Notes: generated by a model from the sequence alone, not told the origin. A stretch of DNA of 64,000 nt from Acidimicrobiia bacterium (GCA_039812705.1 JBDIBA010000003.1:10566-74565), one strand, 5' to 3'. Shown: positions 18,718 to 31,065, counted from the stretch's first letter. Program-made: numbers and translations.

Positions 18718-21176
18718 TCAAGAACTCACAATATCTGGCACTTCGACAGTGACAATCGGAGCAACAGAAGCAACCACCTGGCCATCATCAAGGTTCATGA
18801 CCCTGACGCCGGTGGCGTCTCGGCCCTGAGTCGAGATGTTGCCGGCCTGTTGGCGCATGGTGACTCCGCCCGAGGATGCAAGCACAATCTCGTCGTCATC
18901 ACCAACCATGAAGGCTGCAACCACGTTGCCTCGCTTCGCAGTGATCTTCATTCCGCGAACGCCTTGTCCACCGCGGGTCTGCGGGTTGAACTTATCCAAC
19001 TTGGTGCGCTTGCCGAAACCGGAGTTCGTCACGATCAAGATGGTCGCGTCGTCCCTTGCGACATCGCAGCTGACAACTTCGTCCTCGGCGTCTCGCAGCT
19101 TCATGCCGCGAACGCCTGCAGCGTCTCGACCCATTGAACGAACGTCAGACTCGTGGAAACGGATGGTCATTCCAGACTTGGCAACCATGAACACATGGTC
19201 GTTTCCGTGTGTCTGAATGACTCGCACCAGTTCGTCGTCGCTCTTTAGGCTGATTGCGATGAAGCCGTCGCGACGCGACTTGTCGTACTCAGAGAACGTC
19301 GTCTTTTTGACTTGGCCCTTCTTTGTCGCAAAGAACAAGAACTTGTCGTCTGGGTATTCACGAGTATCGACCACAGCCTGAATGAACTCATTTGGCCCAA
19401 GAGGAAGCAGGTTCACAATGGCGGTTCCGCGTGCGGTGCGGTCTTTCACTGGAATCTCGTGCGCCTTCAACCTGTAAACGCGTCCGCGATTCGAGAAGAA
19501 CAGCAAGTACGCGTGGGCTGTTGTGTAAGAGATGTGACTAATGAGGTCTTCTTCTTTGAGCTTTGCACCCTGAATGCCTCGACCACCACGACCCTGGGTC
19601 TTGAAAGTGTCAGCCGGCATTGCCTTGATGTAGCCAGCCTTGGACATGGTAATCACAAGAGGCTCGTCGTCAATCAGGTCTTCAACGCCGATGTCGCCTG
19701 GATCAAAAATGATCTGCGCCTTGCGCGGAGTTGCAAACTTCGTGCGGATCTCTCCGATTTCGGTCTTGATGACCTCACGCAAGACGCCTTCGTTACCAAG
19801 AATCTCTTCGAGTCCGGCAATCTTCTTGCGAAGTTCTTCCATTTCTTCTTCAAGGTTGGTTCGACCAAGACGAGTCAACTGACGCAGGGTCATTTGAAGA
19901 ATGTGGTCTGCTTGAACCTCGGTGAACTCAAACGGCTTAGCCATCAACTTGGTGCGAGCCTCGCTTGGGTCGGCTGACCCACGAATGGTCTCGATGATGG
20001 CGTCGAGCATGTCGATTGCGCGAAGCAAGCCTTCGACAATGTGTGCGCGCTCTTGCGCCTTGCGCAAGCGGAACTCTGAACGACGAGTGATGACTTCGAT
20101 TTGGTGCTTTACATAAGCGTCAAGTGCGTCGCGCAGGTTGAGCGTGCGCGGAATGCCGTGATCGAGCGCGACCATGTTGATACCAAAGCTGGTTTGCAAC
20201 GGTGTGTGCTTGTACAAGTTGTTGAGAACAACATTTGCATTTGCATCGCGCTTAAGGGTGATGACCATCTTGGTTTGCGAACCTGCCGAAAGGTCTTCAA
20301 GTTCGCGAATGCCTTCGATGTCACGGTTGTCGACAAGCTCTTTGATCTTGATTGCAATCTGACCAACCGAGGTTTGGTAAGGCAACTGCGTAACGACGAT
20401 CTGCGTGCCGCGTTTTCCTTCGACGATCTCTGCAACCGCACGCTGACGAACCGAGCCACGACCCGTTCGATAGGCGTCCATGATTCCCTGACGGCCCAGA
20501 ATCTGCGCTCCAGTTGGAAAGTCTGGTCCTTGCACGAACTTCATAAGGTCATCGCAAGTTGCGTCTGGGTTGTCGATCATGTGAACAGTCGCGTCAATGA
20601 CTTCGCCCAAGTTGTGCGGCGGAATGTTCGACGCCATACCAACGGCAATGCCTTGTCCACCGTTTACCAACAGATTGGGGAAACGAGATGGCAGAACAAT
20701 TGGTTGTTTGCGGTCACCCGAGTAGTTATCGACTTCATCAACAGTCTCTTCGTTGATGTCGCGAAGCATTTCGTTCGCCAACAATGCAAGGCGGCACTCG
20801 GTGTATCGCGCTGCAGCTGGAGGGTCGTCAGGAGAACCAAAGTTTCCGTGCTTGTCAATCAGTACGTGACGCAGGGAAAAGTCTTGACCCATGCGTACCA
20901 AAGCCTCGTAAATGGAGCTGTCGCCGTGCGGGTGATAGTTACCCATCACTTCACCAGTGACCTTCGCGCACTTCACGTATGGGCGGTCGCTGCGGACACC
21001 CATCTCGAACATGCCCCACAAAATGCGGCGGTGTACGGGCTTCAAGCCATCGCGTGCATCTGGGATGGCTCGCGACGTGATGACAGACATTGCATAGTCA
21101 ATGAAGCTGCGCTCCATCTCGTCTTGCAGTTGGACAGGTTCGATTCCTGCAAGCGGTTCCTGTGGGGTGTCTGACA

Positions 21177-21177
<1 letters not shown>
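18718..21177 (-). CDS. gyrA: DNA gyrase subunit A
   Basis: [18 protein letters not shown], the active-site region AAARYTECR, and C-terminal beta-pinwheel repeats. 819 aa with no intein. Confidence 0.98.
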
Positions 21178-23102
<1,925 letters not shown>

Positions 23103-23206
23103 TCAACACCTGCCACAAACGTGGCCCTTTCGCGGATTTCAAAGGCTCCAATGAGCCTGATAGAGGTCGCCCACGTTACCCTCACCCGTGAGACAACCGT
23201 GGACAT

Positions 23207-23533
23207 CTAGGCGTCTTTAGCTGCCCGAATTGAGGTTATTTCGAGGCTCGGAATCTCTCGATTGATTGCTTCAATCATTTTTGGCGCAATCCATTTCAGA
23301 GTCGCGCGCCAGCTGTGCTCCTCGATTGTCACAAACAGAACGTTGTTCTCGATTCTGGCTGGTTCGATGTGACCTTCCAGTTCCGAACCAACAATCGACG
23401 ACCACTGTTGGCAAAGCTGATCAAAGACCGTCAGATCCCCCACCCCAAGCCTCTTGGCGATCTGACTTATGGCTGAACCAACACGCACGGTGTCCGTTTC
23501 AACCGACGGTGCTCGATATGGCACCCAGTTCAT
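23207..23533 (-). CDS. dciA: DUF721 / DciA-like protein (candidate replicative-helicase operator)
   Basis: 108 aa. Sits in the conserved recF-DUF721-gyrB position, as Rv0004 does. Overlaps the recF stop by 4 nt. Confidence 0.7.
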   Translation of the reverse strand: MNWVPYRAPSVETDTVRVGSAISQIAKRLGVGDLTVFDQLCQQWSSIVGSELEGHIEPARIENNVLFVTIEEHSWRATLKWIAPKMIEAINREIPSLEITSIRAAKDA

Positions 23534-24636
23534 AGGACTTTCTCCGTCAGGGTTCCACGGGAAACAGAAAACGCCTTACTGATGTCGACGTTGTCGGGCA
23601 CATTTGCAGCGGTTGTCAAAAACACTTGACTGACAGGCAATTCGTTCAACAACAACTGACTGCGTCGACCATCAAGCTCGCTCAACACATCATCGAGCAA
23701 CAAAAGTGGCGGGGCGCCAGCAACTTCTGTCAGCAACTCGTGCCCGGCAAAGCGCAAAGCAAGCGCCAACGACCGCTGCTCCCCTTGCGACGAATGAGTT
23801 CGCGCGGATTGATTGTTGATTGACAGCAAAAGCTCGTCTCTGTGTGGCCCAACAGTTGTTACCGAGCGCGCCAGGTCAGCTTTTCGCGCCTCCTCCAGAC
23901 TTTTAGCCAATCCAGGGCCGCCATCTGCGCTGCTCCAATCGTCCTGCAACTTCAAATCGACGATCTGATTGCCATGTTTTTCATCAACAACCCTGCGGTA
24001 CGCATCTGTAACCAGTGGCATCAAGCGTTGAACTAGTTCACGCCTGGCTTTCCCCAACTGTTCCCCAGCCTGTGAAAACTTTGCATCCCAAACATCAAGC
24101 GTTGCAACGATTTCTGGCGTCGCGCGCCCTCCAGCTTGACGCAAAAGGGTGTTTCGCTGACGAATAATCCTGTCGATGTCTCGCTGCAACGCCTGCAAAC
24201 GCGGGTCCATGTCTGCAAGAAGCTGATCTAAATAGTCACGCCTGATTGCAGGCCCACCCTTGATTAGATCAAGGTCGTCTGGTCCAAAAACCGTTACCAA
24301 TAGGCGTGAGTCAGCATTGGTGGAGCGAATGTTCTGCTTGTTAACAAGCGTTCGGTTGCGCCCAGTTGCACTGATCTCGCTTTCAATCAACAACTGTCGG
24401 CCGGCTCGGTCAGCATCTGCACGCACAATTGCCGAATCGGCACCGCTGCGAATCAGTGCGTCAAAGTGGGCCACACGAAACGACCTTTGTGAAGCGGCAT
24501 AACTAATCGCTTCTAGAACATTGGTTTTTCCTTGACCATTTGGACCTTCAATAACTGTGAGTCCACGCGAAGGAAAGTCAATCTCTTCGGATTCGTAGTT
24601 GCGAAAGTTGCTCAACCAAAGGCGATTGATGTGCAC
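23530..24636 (-). CDS. recF: DNA replication and repair protein RecF
   Basis: Walker A GPNGQGKTN, SMC-like signature SQGEQRSLALAL, Walker B LLLLDDVLSELD. Confidence 0.97.
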   Translation of the reverse strand: MHINRLWLSNFRNYESEEIDFPSRGLTVIEGPNGQGKTNVLEAISYAASQRSFRVAHFDALIRSGADSAIVRADADRAGRQLLIESEISATGRNRTLVNKQNIRSTNADSRLLVTVFGPDDLDLIKGGPAIRRDYLDQLLADMDPRLQALQRDIDRIIRQRNTLLRQAGGRATPEIVATLDVWDAKFSQAGEQLGKARRELVQRLMPLVTDAYRRVVDEKHGNQIVDLKLQDDWSSADGGPGLAKSLEEARKADLARSVTTVGPHRDELLLSINNQSARTHSSQGEQRSLALALRFAGHELLTEVAGAPPLLLLDDVLSELDGRRSQLLLNELPVSQVFLTTAANVPDNVDISKAFSVSRGTLTEKVL

Positions 24637-24654
24637 AGAAAATCAACCGCTCGC

Positions 24655-25752
24655 TCAGGAAACGCGCACAGGCATGATCAGGTACAAGAATGAACCCTGT
24701 TCGTCATCTTTGACCGTTGCCGGCTTCAATGCGTCGAGCGTTTCAATAACAACGTCGCCCGGCGCTACAGATTCCAAACCGTCAATCAGGTATGTCGGGT
24801 TGAATGCAACGGTTATTTCTTCGCCTTCATACTTAGCTTCGATGTCTTCAGTTGCTTGACCGACTTCTTGACTAACAACTCGGAGCTCTACGCCGTCGGC
24901 GCGCATGGTCATGCGCACCGGTGTTGTGGAATCACGAACCATCAACTTGACGCGCCGAACAGACTCCAGCAGAACATCGCGATCGATACGAAGTCGGTTC
25001 GGATAATCCTTCGGGATGAGTGGGCGATAGTCGGGGAACTTGCCTTCAATCAGTCGGCTTGTCATGTGAATATGCCCAAGGGAGAACGTAATTTCACGTT
25101 CATCAAGAGCAACATTGAGGTCTTGAACATCACCCATGACTCGCAACAATTCGCCAAGGGTGCGCGAAGGAACCAAGACCTGCTGGTGATCCGCCGGCAA
25201 GATGTTTGCACCATCAATGTCGCGAACAGCCAAGCGGTAGGAGTCGGTAGCAACCAAGCGAAGTCCGTTGTCCTGAGTGCTCAGTAAGACACCGGTGATA
25301 ACTGGGCGGGCATCGTCTGAACTTGCTGCGCGAATTACTTGTCGCAGCGCGTCTGCAAACTCTGTAGCGGTCAAAGTTGCCGAATAGTTCTCGCTAAAGG
25401 AAATGCGTGGAAACTCTTCGTTGTCAAGAACTCGAACAGCAAACTGCGACCTACCCGAGCTAATTCGTGCTTCGTGGTCGTCGGTGTCGATTGTGACCAT
25501 GCCAGCCGGAAGAGATTTGACGATTTCCGTCATCAAGCGTGCAGGGATGACTGCGCTTCCCTCATCAACAACCTTCGCGTCGATGCGAATACGGATTGAT
25601 AGTTCCCTATCTGTTCCAGTGATGACGATCTGCTCTTCCTTGGCAACTAGCTGCAGGCCGGTGAGGACAGCGATATTCGATTTTCCGGTTACTGCTCTTC
25701 CTGCGGCGCTCAGTGCGTCTACAAGAGAGTCCTTTTCGCATCTGAATTTCAT
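24655..25752 (-). CDS. dnaN: DNA polymerase III beta sliding clamp
   Basis: The homologous region starts at MKFRCEKDSL (ATG 25752). 365 aa with a three-domain clamp pattern. The track ORF (to 26295) is an artefactual extension through oriC. Confidence 0.95.
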   Translation of the reverse strand: MKFRCEKDSLVDALSAAGRAVTGKSNIAVLTGLQLVAKEEQIVITGTDRELSIRIRIDAKVVDEGSAVIPARLMTEIVKSLPAGMVTIDTDDHEARISSGRSQFAVRVLDNEEFPRISFSENYSATLTATEFADALRQVIRAASSDDARPVITGVLLSTQDNGLRLVATDSYRLAVRDIDGANILPADHQQVLVPSRTLGELLRVMGDVQDLNVALDEREITFSLGHIHMTSRLIEGKFPDYRPLIPKDYPNRLRIDRDVLLESVRRVKLMVRDSTTPVRMTMRADGVELRVVSQEVGQATEDIEAKYEGEEITVAFNPTYLIDGLESVAPGDVVIETLDALKPATVKDDEQGSFLYLIMPVRVS

Positions 25753-26066
25753 CGACGACGCTCCTAGGGGATTTTTTATAAAGAAATAAGTAGAGGTAGT
25801 AGGTGCTGTGGATTGTGGACAAGGGGTTGAAATCCCTGGACGACAGCAGTTTTTGGCTGCGCACTTTCTCCACAGCGTTCCACAGACATGTGACACCGTG
25901 CTGAGCGAGCCGTTTTCCGCAGTGGTTATCCACATATATCCACAGGGATTTCCACTGGAAAACTCACCGGCTTTTCCACTGGTTTCACCCAGCTTGTAGC
26001 CACGCTTTGTGGTGAATTGCTTGTATTTGGTTGTTTGAGTGCTGTTTCTGAGCGGTCGAGCGGTTG
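25753..26066. other. oriC: the dnaA-dnaN intergenic DnaA-box cluster plus an AT-rich candidate unwinding element
   Basis: Boxes: TGTGGATTG 25807-15, TGTGGACAA 25814-22, TTCTCCACA 25866-74, CGTTCCACA 25876-84, perfect TTATCCACA 25926-34, ATATCCACA 25936-44, TGTGGTGAA 26008-16. The AT-rich ATTTTTTATAAAGAAATAAGTAGAGGTAG lies at 25771-25799. Confidence 0.85.
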
Positions 26067-27584
26067 TTAGCTGCCGGACTTCACGCGGTGCATCAACGCC
26101 GTCACTTGGTTGAAGATGTGGCCGCGCTCGAACATCATGGCCGTGATCTTTTCGACGGCATGGATGACCGTTGTGTGGTCTCGGCCCCCGAATTCGCGCG
26201 CGATGGCCGGGTATGAAAAGTCTGTTACCTCTCGGAAGACGTACATGCCTATTTGACGCGCAGTCACCAACGGCCTTCGGCGACTTGCGCCACATAGTTC
26301 TTCGACCGTGAACCCAAACATGTCCGCCGTGGCTTTCAGGATGTCTTGAGGAGTGATGGTTTTCGGCTTATCGCCAGCGCCGACAAGGTCAGAGAGGACA
26401 ACTTGGGCCGTTTCTACGGTGAGTTCTTCGCCGTGGAGGTTTGAGTATGCCGAGACGCGGATGAGGGCGCCTTCTAGCTCCCTGATGTTGTCTGTTACAC
26501 CTGATGCAATGAACTCCATGACGTTGTCCGGAACCCTGGTTCGCAGGCCATCGCCCTTCTTGCGGAGAATTGCGATTCGAGTCTCCAAATCGGGCGGCTG
26601 GACATCTGTGGTGAGACCAGAAAGGAACCGGCTGCGGATTCGTTCTTCGAGGGTCACCAGCGATTTGGGGTGACGGTCTGACGAAATGACGATCTGCTTC
26701 GATGCGCCATAGAGGTGGTTGAAGGTGTGGAAGAACTCCTCCTGGAGGCCTTCCTTTTGCTTCATGAATTGAATGTCGTCAATCAACAACACGTCGCATT
26801 CGCGGTATCGCTGTCTGAAAGCGGCTCCGGTGTTGGTGCGAATGGACTCAACGAACTCGTTCAGCATGCGCTCGGTACTCACGTAGTGAACGTGACGGTG
26901 GGGAAAGTTTTCGCGGACGTAGTTGCCAATGGCGTGAAGGAGGTGTGTTTTTCCTAGACCCGCATCGCCGTGGATGAACAAGGGGTTGTAGGACTTTGCC
27001 GGCGATTCAGCGACCGACAGCGCAGCGGCGTGTGCAAAGCGATTGGAAGCACCGATGACGAAGTTCTCGAAGGTGTAATCCCAGTTCAGTGGGGAATCTT
27101 GCGACGGACGAGGCGGCGCTGGGATTGTTCGGCCTGAAAGGTGATCTGGCCTTTGTGGAACCTTTGGCTGAAACGAGTTCCCAACCTGCGGCGCCGCGTG
27201 GGGGTTCATTTGTGGGGTCATTGATGGTGCCAAATGTGGCGCCATTTGGGGGTTCTGAACTGCTCCTTGTTGAGCAAAGTCAACGTAGGGCGCGGAGTCG
27301 GTGACTTCATCAAGCAGTTGACCCTGTTGTACTGCTGCGTAAAGCGAAATGGACATCTGCTTGTTGGCGACGTCTGTGACTACGTCGTTGACGAGGTCGA
27401 TGTACTTCGCCTCGATGCGGTCTTTGATGAGAGAGCTTGGAACGGTAATGACTAATTCGTCATCCTCAAGGGAGCGCGCCTCGGCTTGACCAAAAAGCAT
27501 GTTCCAGGTGGCTCCTGACACGCGTTCATGAAGAGCCTCTGAACAGCTTTTCCACAATGTCTCGGCCTCTGTTACCAGCGCCAT
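26067..27584 (-). CDS. dnaA: Chromosomal replication initiator DnaA
   Basis: AAA+ Walker A GDAGLGKTHLL, Walker B LLIDDIQF, and the C-terminal DNA-binding helix DHTTVIHA. Has a Gln/Pro-rich domain II linker. Confidence 0.98.
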   Translation of the reverse strand: MALVTEAETLWKSCSEALHERVSGATWNMLFGQAEARSLEDDELVITVPSSLIKDRIEAKYIDLVNDVVTDVANKQMSISLYAAVQQGQLLDEVTDSAPYVDFAQQGAVQNPQMAPHLAPSMTPQMNPHAAPQVGNSFQPKVPQRPDHLSGRTIPAPPRPSQDSPLNWDYTFENFVIGASNRFAHAAALSVAESPAKSYNPLFIHGDAGLGKTHLLHAIGNYVRENFPHRHVHYVSTERMLNEFVESIRTNTGAAFRQRYRECDVLLIDDIQFMKQKEGLQEEFFHTFNHLYGASKQIVISSDRHPKSLVTLEERIRSRFLSGLTTDVQPPDLETRIAILRKKGDGLRTRVPDNVMEFIASGVTDNIRELEGALIRVSAYSNLHGEELTVETAQVVLSDLVGAGDKPKTITPQDILKATADMFGFTVEELCGASRRRPLVTARQIGMYVFREVTDFSYPAIAREFGGRDHTTVIHAVEKITAMMFERGHIFNQVTALMHRVKSGS

Positions 27585-27818
27585 CCCCTCCCCTTAAGAC
27601 ACGAGATCCACAACCTCGTCCACATGTGTGGAAAAACATACAAACCAAACGAGAGCCATAGGTGTAACCCCAGCTCACAGCCGTGGATAGCTGTGGAAAT
27701 TCCGATGCCCCGAAAGAAGTTCACGAAAGTAGCACCGTAGGTTTGCCAGTGAAACAGGCGATTTAGGGTTGTGCGCTTGGTTCTTAGGGCCGCTGCTGTT
27801 TGCTAGTATTCGCGCCTT
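27585..27818. promoter_or_regulatory. Divergent dnaA/rpmH promoter region with a second DnaA-box cluster
   Basis: Boxes: AGATCCACA 27604-12, TCGTCCACA 27616-24, TGTGGAAAA 27627-35, CGTGGATAG 27682-90, TGTGGAAAT 27692-700. A TAGTAT -10-like hexamer lies 9 nt upstream of the rpmH ATG. Confidence 0.7.
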
Positions 27819-27953
27819 ATGAAGCGCACCTTCCAGCCAAACGTTCGTAAGCGTGCAAAGAAGCACGGCTTCAGGCACCGTATGTCCACGCGGGCTGGAC
27901 AAGCGATTATCAAGGCACGCCGCCGCCGCAACCGCGCGCGCTTGTCGGCCTAA
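27819..27953 (+). CDS. rpmH: 50S ribosomal protein L34
   Basis: Translates as [44 protein letters not shown]. At 44 aa it is absent from the track. Confidence 0.97.
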   Translation: MKRTFQPNVRKRAKKHGFRHRMSTRAGQAIIKARRRRNRARLSA

Positions 27954-27962
27954 CTATTTCGT

Positions 27963-28310
27963 GTGAGCTCTGTTCTCGGTCGCATTAAGGACAGAGACAC
28001 CTTTACTCATTTACAGGCTTCGCGAACCCGGGCTTCGGCCGGCTGTTTGCGCCTTGTTTACGCCCCTCCGACCAGTAGTGAAGATGTTGAGATCCGCATC
28101 GGGTTCTCCATTAGTCGCAAGGTTGGAAATGCTGTTGAGCGCAACCGGTTACGTCGACGGCTTCGCGAGATATCTCGTCAGTCTCACTCGATCCTCAGGC
28201 CGGGCGCTTATTTGGTCATTGTTCGTCCGCCGGCGACCAACAAGACTTTCTCTGAATTGTCGGGCGAGTTTTCCCGTGTGAGTAACAAACTTGCCGGATC
28301 GTTGCCGTGA
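27963..28310 (+). CDS. rnpA: Ribonuclease P protein component
   Basis: GTG start. Contains [20 protein letters not shown] (the RNR motif). Sits immediately after rpmH. Confidence 0.9.
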   Translation: MSSVLGRIKDRDTFTHLQASRTRASAGCLRLVYAPPTSSEDVEIRIGFSISRKVGNAVERNRLRRRLREISRQSHSILRPGAYLVIVRPPATNKTFSELSGEFSRVSNKLAGSLP

Positions 28311-28549
28311 ATCGCTCAGTTAGGGTGCTCCGTTGGCTAATTTTTGCCTATCAAGGGCTGCGTCACGGGAGACCGTCTCCGTGTCGCTTTCAGCCGAGCT
28401 GTTCTAATTACGCGCTTGAAGCGCTGGATCAACACGGTGCCGTGAAGGGTGTTTGGATGGCGTGCAAGCGAATTGTCCGGTGTCGTCCGGGCGCTCGCTG
28501 GGGATTTGACCCTGTGCCTCCTAGACCTAAACAAGATTTCAATGAATAA
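28307..28549 (+). CDS. yidD: Membrane protein insertion efficiency factor YidD
   Basis: [15 protein letters not shown]...GAVKG...KRIVRCRP. 4-nt overlap with rnpA. Confidence 0.92.
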   Translation: MNRSVRVLRWLIFAYQGLRHGRPSPCRFQPSCSNYALEALDQHGAVKGVWMACKRIVRCRPGARWGFDPVPPRPKQDFNE

Positions 28550-28557
28550 GGAATAAA

Positions 28558-29439
28558 GTGGACATCTTTTCTCGCTTTTTTGCAGGGCTTCTTTCGACGT
28601 ATTACTCGTTTACTCATAACCACGCATTAGCAATTTTGTTGCTGACGTTGACAGTGATGCTGATTGTTGCGCCGCTGACGCTCAAGTCCGTGCGCTCCAT
28701 GATGGTCATGCAAAAAGTGGCCCCTGAACTGCAAAAACTAAACGAGAAGTACAAGAACGACCGGGAAAAGCTGAGCGCCGAAACGATGGCGTTTTATCGC
28801 GAGAACAAAATCAACCCACTTAGTGGTTGCTTTCCCCTGCTTCTCCAAATGCCAATCTTTTTGGTCCTTTATCACGCACTCAGCGGCATCCTTTATAAAG
28901 AAAATGGCGTTTCAGCACCGAAGTATTTAGACCACGGATCAGATCTTTATAAGAACTTGATCTCAAATGACGGACGTATGGAGAGCTTTGGCGTCAATCT
29001 TTCCTCGAGCGCTTTAGGGACCCATTCATCTTTCTGGGCCATGCTCCCCTACATCGCGTTGATCCTGGCCATGGTGTTTTTCCAGTTCTGGCAGCAGCGC
29101 CAAGTCAACGCCAGGGCAACGAACACTTCTGACAACCCGCAAGCAGAAATGATGCGGAAATTCACAAAGATCATGCCTCCGTTTTTTGGGGTAATTTCTT
29201 TGACGTTTCCTGCTGCGCTAGTCCTCTATTGGACCTATCAAAGCATTATTCGTGTCGTTCAGCAGTGGGCGATGTACAAGTTCGACCCCGTCCTGAAGGA
29301 CGAGATTCAATTCGCGCAAAAAGATGTCGAGGCTCATCTAAAAGGCGGGCCAAAGCCAGTGAATGCGCCGAAGAAGAAATCATCCGAACTGTCCGCCCCT
29401 GCAAAGAAGACCAACAAGTCAAAGGGTAAGGGCCGGTAA
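28558..29439 (+). CDS. yidC: Membrane protein insertase YidC (short actinobacterial type)
   Basis: MQKVAPELQKLNEKYKNDREKL, YRENKINPLSGCFPLLLQMPIF, and a basic C-terminal tail. Confidence 0.93.
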   Translation: MDIFSRFFAGLLSTYYSFTHNHALAILLLTLTVMLIVAPLTLKSVRSMMVMQKVAPELQKLNEKYKNDREKLSAETMAFYRENKINPLSGCFPLLLQMPIFLVLYHALSGILYKENGVSAPKYLDHGSDLYKNLISNDGRMESFGVNLSSSALGTHSSFWAMLPYIALILAMVFFQFWQQRQVNARATNTSDNPQAEMMRKFTKIMPPFFGVISLTFPAALVLYWTYQSIIRVVQQWAMYKFDPVLKDEIQFAQKDVEAHLKGGPKPVNAPKKKSSELSAPAKKTNKSKGKGR

Positions 29440-29445
29440 AGGCAT

Positions 29446-30369
29446 ATGGAATGGGTTGAAACCACGGGTTCATCGGTTGAGGCTGCAAAAAGCCAGGCCT
29501 TAGAGCAGCTAGGCGTCGATGAAGCCGATGCTGAGTTCGATGTTGTAGCTGAACCAAAGGCGGGGCTGTTCGGATTTCGTAAGGTCGAAGCACGGGTACG
29601 AGCCCGTGTGAAGCCCAGTGTTCCTCGTTCAAAGGAAACGGGTCGCCGCAAGAGTCGTCGTAATGATCGCGGTAGGCCGTCAGAGCGTTCTGCGCAGCGT
29701 GCCTCCACACCGCGCGAAGAATCCGCGGAAGACGCCTCGTTTGGTTCCGATTCACATGCGGGTCACGGCGACGGCGTTGACAGGCGCTCATCTGATGACC
29801 GCCGCAAGCCTCGCAACAGACGTCAGCGACCAAACAAGCCAGGCGGAGACGCTCGCAATTCCGGAGCCAAACAAGGAGACAATGAGTTGGAAACCGTAGC
29901 CCTAGAAGACCAGGTCAAGACCCTTGAAGAGTTCCTCAACGGCTTGTTTGCTGAGATGAACACACCTGCAAGTGTGAAGTCCGAGATTGACTCCGAAGAG
30001 GAGCTGATCAAGGTTTCAATCGAAGGCGACAACCTTGGGCACCTCATTGGTTTGAGGGGTAACGCACTTCACGCGTTGCAAGAAGTGACTCGAACTGTTG
30101 TTCAGCGTCAGACCGGTGCACGTAACGGCAAGATCATTCTCGATGTGGCTAAGTACCGCGAGAAGCGCAAGGCCGCGCTAGAGCGCTTCACGAAGGACCT
30201 TGCTCGCGAGGTTGTCGAGAAGCAGGTTGAGCGCAACCTTGAACCAATGCACCCGGCTGATCGCAAGATTGTTCACGACACCATCAACGAAATCGAAGGT
30301 GTTGAAACCAGTTCAGCAGGCGAAGAGCCACGTCGTTACGTGGTGATCAGGCCTGTGCGGAGTGCATGA
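29446..30369 (+). CDS. jag: Jag/KhpB RNA-binding protein (Jag_N-KH-R3H) with a long Arg/Ser-rich insertion
   Basis: N-terminal Jag_N (VETTGSSVEAAKSQALEQLGV), C-terminal KH (GHLIGLRGNAL) and R3H (RKIVHDTI...EGEEPRRYVV). About 130 aa of basic low complexity lies between them. Confidence 0.88.
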   Translation: MEWVETTGSSVEAAKSQALEQLGVDEADAEFDVVAEPKAGLFGFRKVEARVRARVKPSVPRSKETGRRKSRRNDRGRPSERSAQRASTPREESAEDASFGSDSHAGHGDGVDRRSSDDRRKPRNRRQRPNKPGGDARNSGAKQGDNELETVALEDQVKTLEEFLNGLFAEMNTPASVKSEIDSEEELIKVSIEGDNLGHLIGLRGNALHALQEVTRTVVQRQTGARNGKIILDVAKYREKRKAALERFTKDLAREVVEKQVERNLEPMHPADRKIVHDTINEIEGVETSSAGEEPRRYVVIRPVRSA

Positions 30370-30997
30370 ACTGGTTGACCCGAGCCTGCATCGCCGATTG
30401 GTGCGGGTTCTCGAAATCAGCAAGGACCGTGGCTTTCTTGGGCCCGGTCCTGTTGAAGACCACGTCGCACATGCCGCGGCGTTCCTTGAAGTACTGGGCG
30501 ACCTGAATCCCAAATCGGTTGCCGATCTCGGTAGCGGCGGAGGCATCCCCGGCCTCGTCCTGGCTGCCGCGCTCCCCTCTGTTCGCTTCGCATTGATCGA
30601 CGGCATGGAGAAAAGAACGACCTTCCTCAACGAAGCTGTCGATCTGCTTGGTCTGACGAATACAGAAATTGTTTGTGCCCGTGCCGAGGAGCTTGGTCAC
30701 AATGCTGCCTACCGGGAGACTTATCAGATGGTGGTTGCCCGCTCATTTGGGCCTCCCGCCGTGCTTGCGGAGTGCGCTTCTCCCCTGTTGTTACCCGGCG
30801 GAACCCTGATTGTGTCGGAACCCCCACACTCTGAGGCCGATCGTTGGCCTGCGAGTGGCCTGGCCAAGTTAGGTCTCCGCAAGGTGGAAACTGTGCGCGT
30901 AACGGGAGTACGCCTGGCCATCTTGGAAAAGACTGCTCCCCTCGATTCGCGCTGGCCTCGCCGCGTTGGAATCCCCGCGAAGCGCCCAGTCTTCTAA
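30362..30997 (+). CDS. rsmG: 16S rRNA (guanine527-N7)-methyltransferase RsmG
   Basis: SAM motif DLGSGGGIPGLVLA, ARAEE and VVARSF motifs. Canonical position before parA. Confidence 0.93.
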   Translation: MHELVDPSLHRRLVRVLEISKDRGFLGPGPVEDHVAHAAAFLEVLGDLNPKSVADLGSGGGIPGLVLAAALPSVRFALIDGMEKRTTFLNEAVDLLGLTNTEIVCARAEELGHNAAYRETYQMVVARSFGPPAVLAECASPLLLPGGTLIVSEPPHSEADRWPASGLAKLGLRKVETVRVTGVRLAILEKTAPLDSRWPRRVGIPAKRPVF

Positions 30998-31049
30998 GAC
31001 TTCTCTTGCGGCGTGGGTGCTGCGGGCGCTGCTACCTGGACAATGGGAA

Positions 31050-31065
31050 TGTTTCACGTGAAACA
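31050..31065. promoter_or_regulatory. parS site 1 (TGTTTCACGTGAAACA)
   Basis: Exact match to the canonical 16-bp parS consensus. Confidence 0.95.

Noticed and set aside
20101-21174. Long antisense ORFs inside essential genes. These are 20101..21174 (+) in gyrA, 22392..23045 (+) in gyrB, 13431..14156 (+) in katA and 38085..38888 (+) in murJ. They also include 43503..44033 (-) in the EEP gene, and 16501..16980 (-) and 16876..17463 (+) in the dehydrogenase gene.
   Set aside because: These are typical shadow ORFs of GC-rich coding DNA. The translations are Arg/Ser/Cys-rich with no motifs, and the opposite strand encodes unmistakable conserved proteins.
25753-26295. N-terminal 181-codon extension of the dnaN ORF (track 24655..26295)
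   Set aside because: The extension runs through the DnaA-box/AT-rich oriC spacer and into the 3' end of dnaA. Clamp homology begins at MKFRCEKDSL (ATG 25752), giving a normal 365-aa DnaN.
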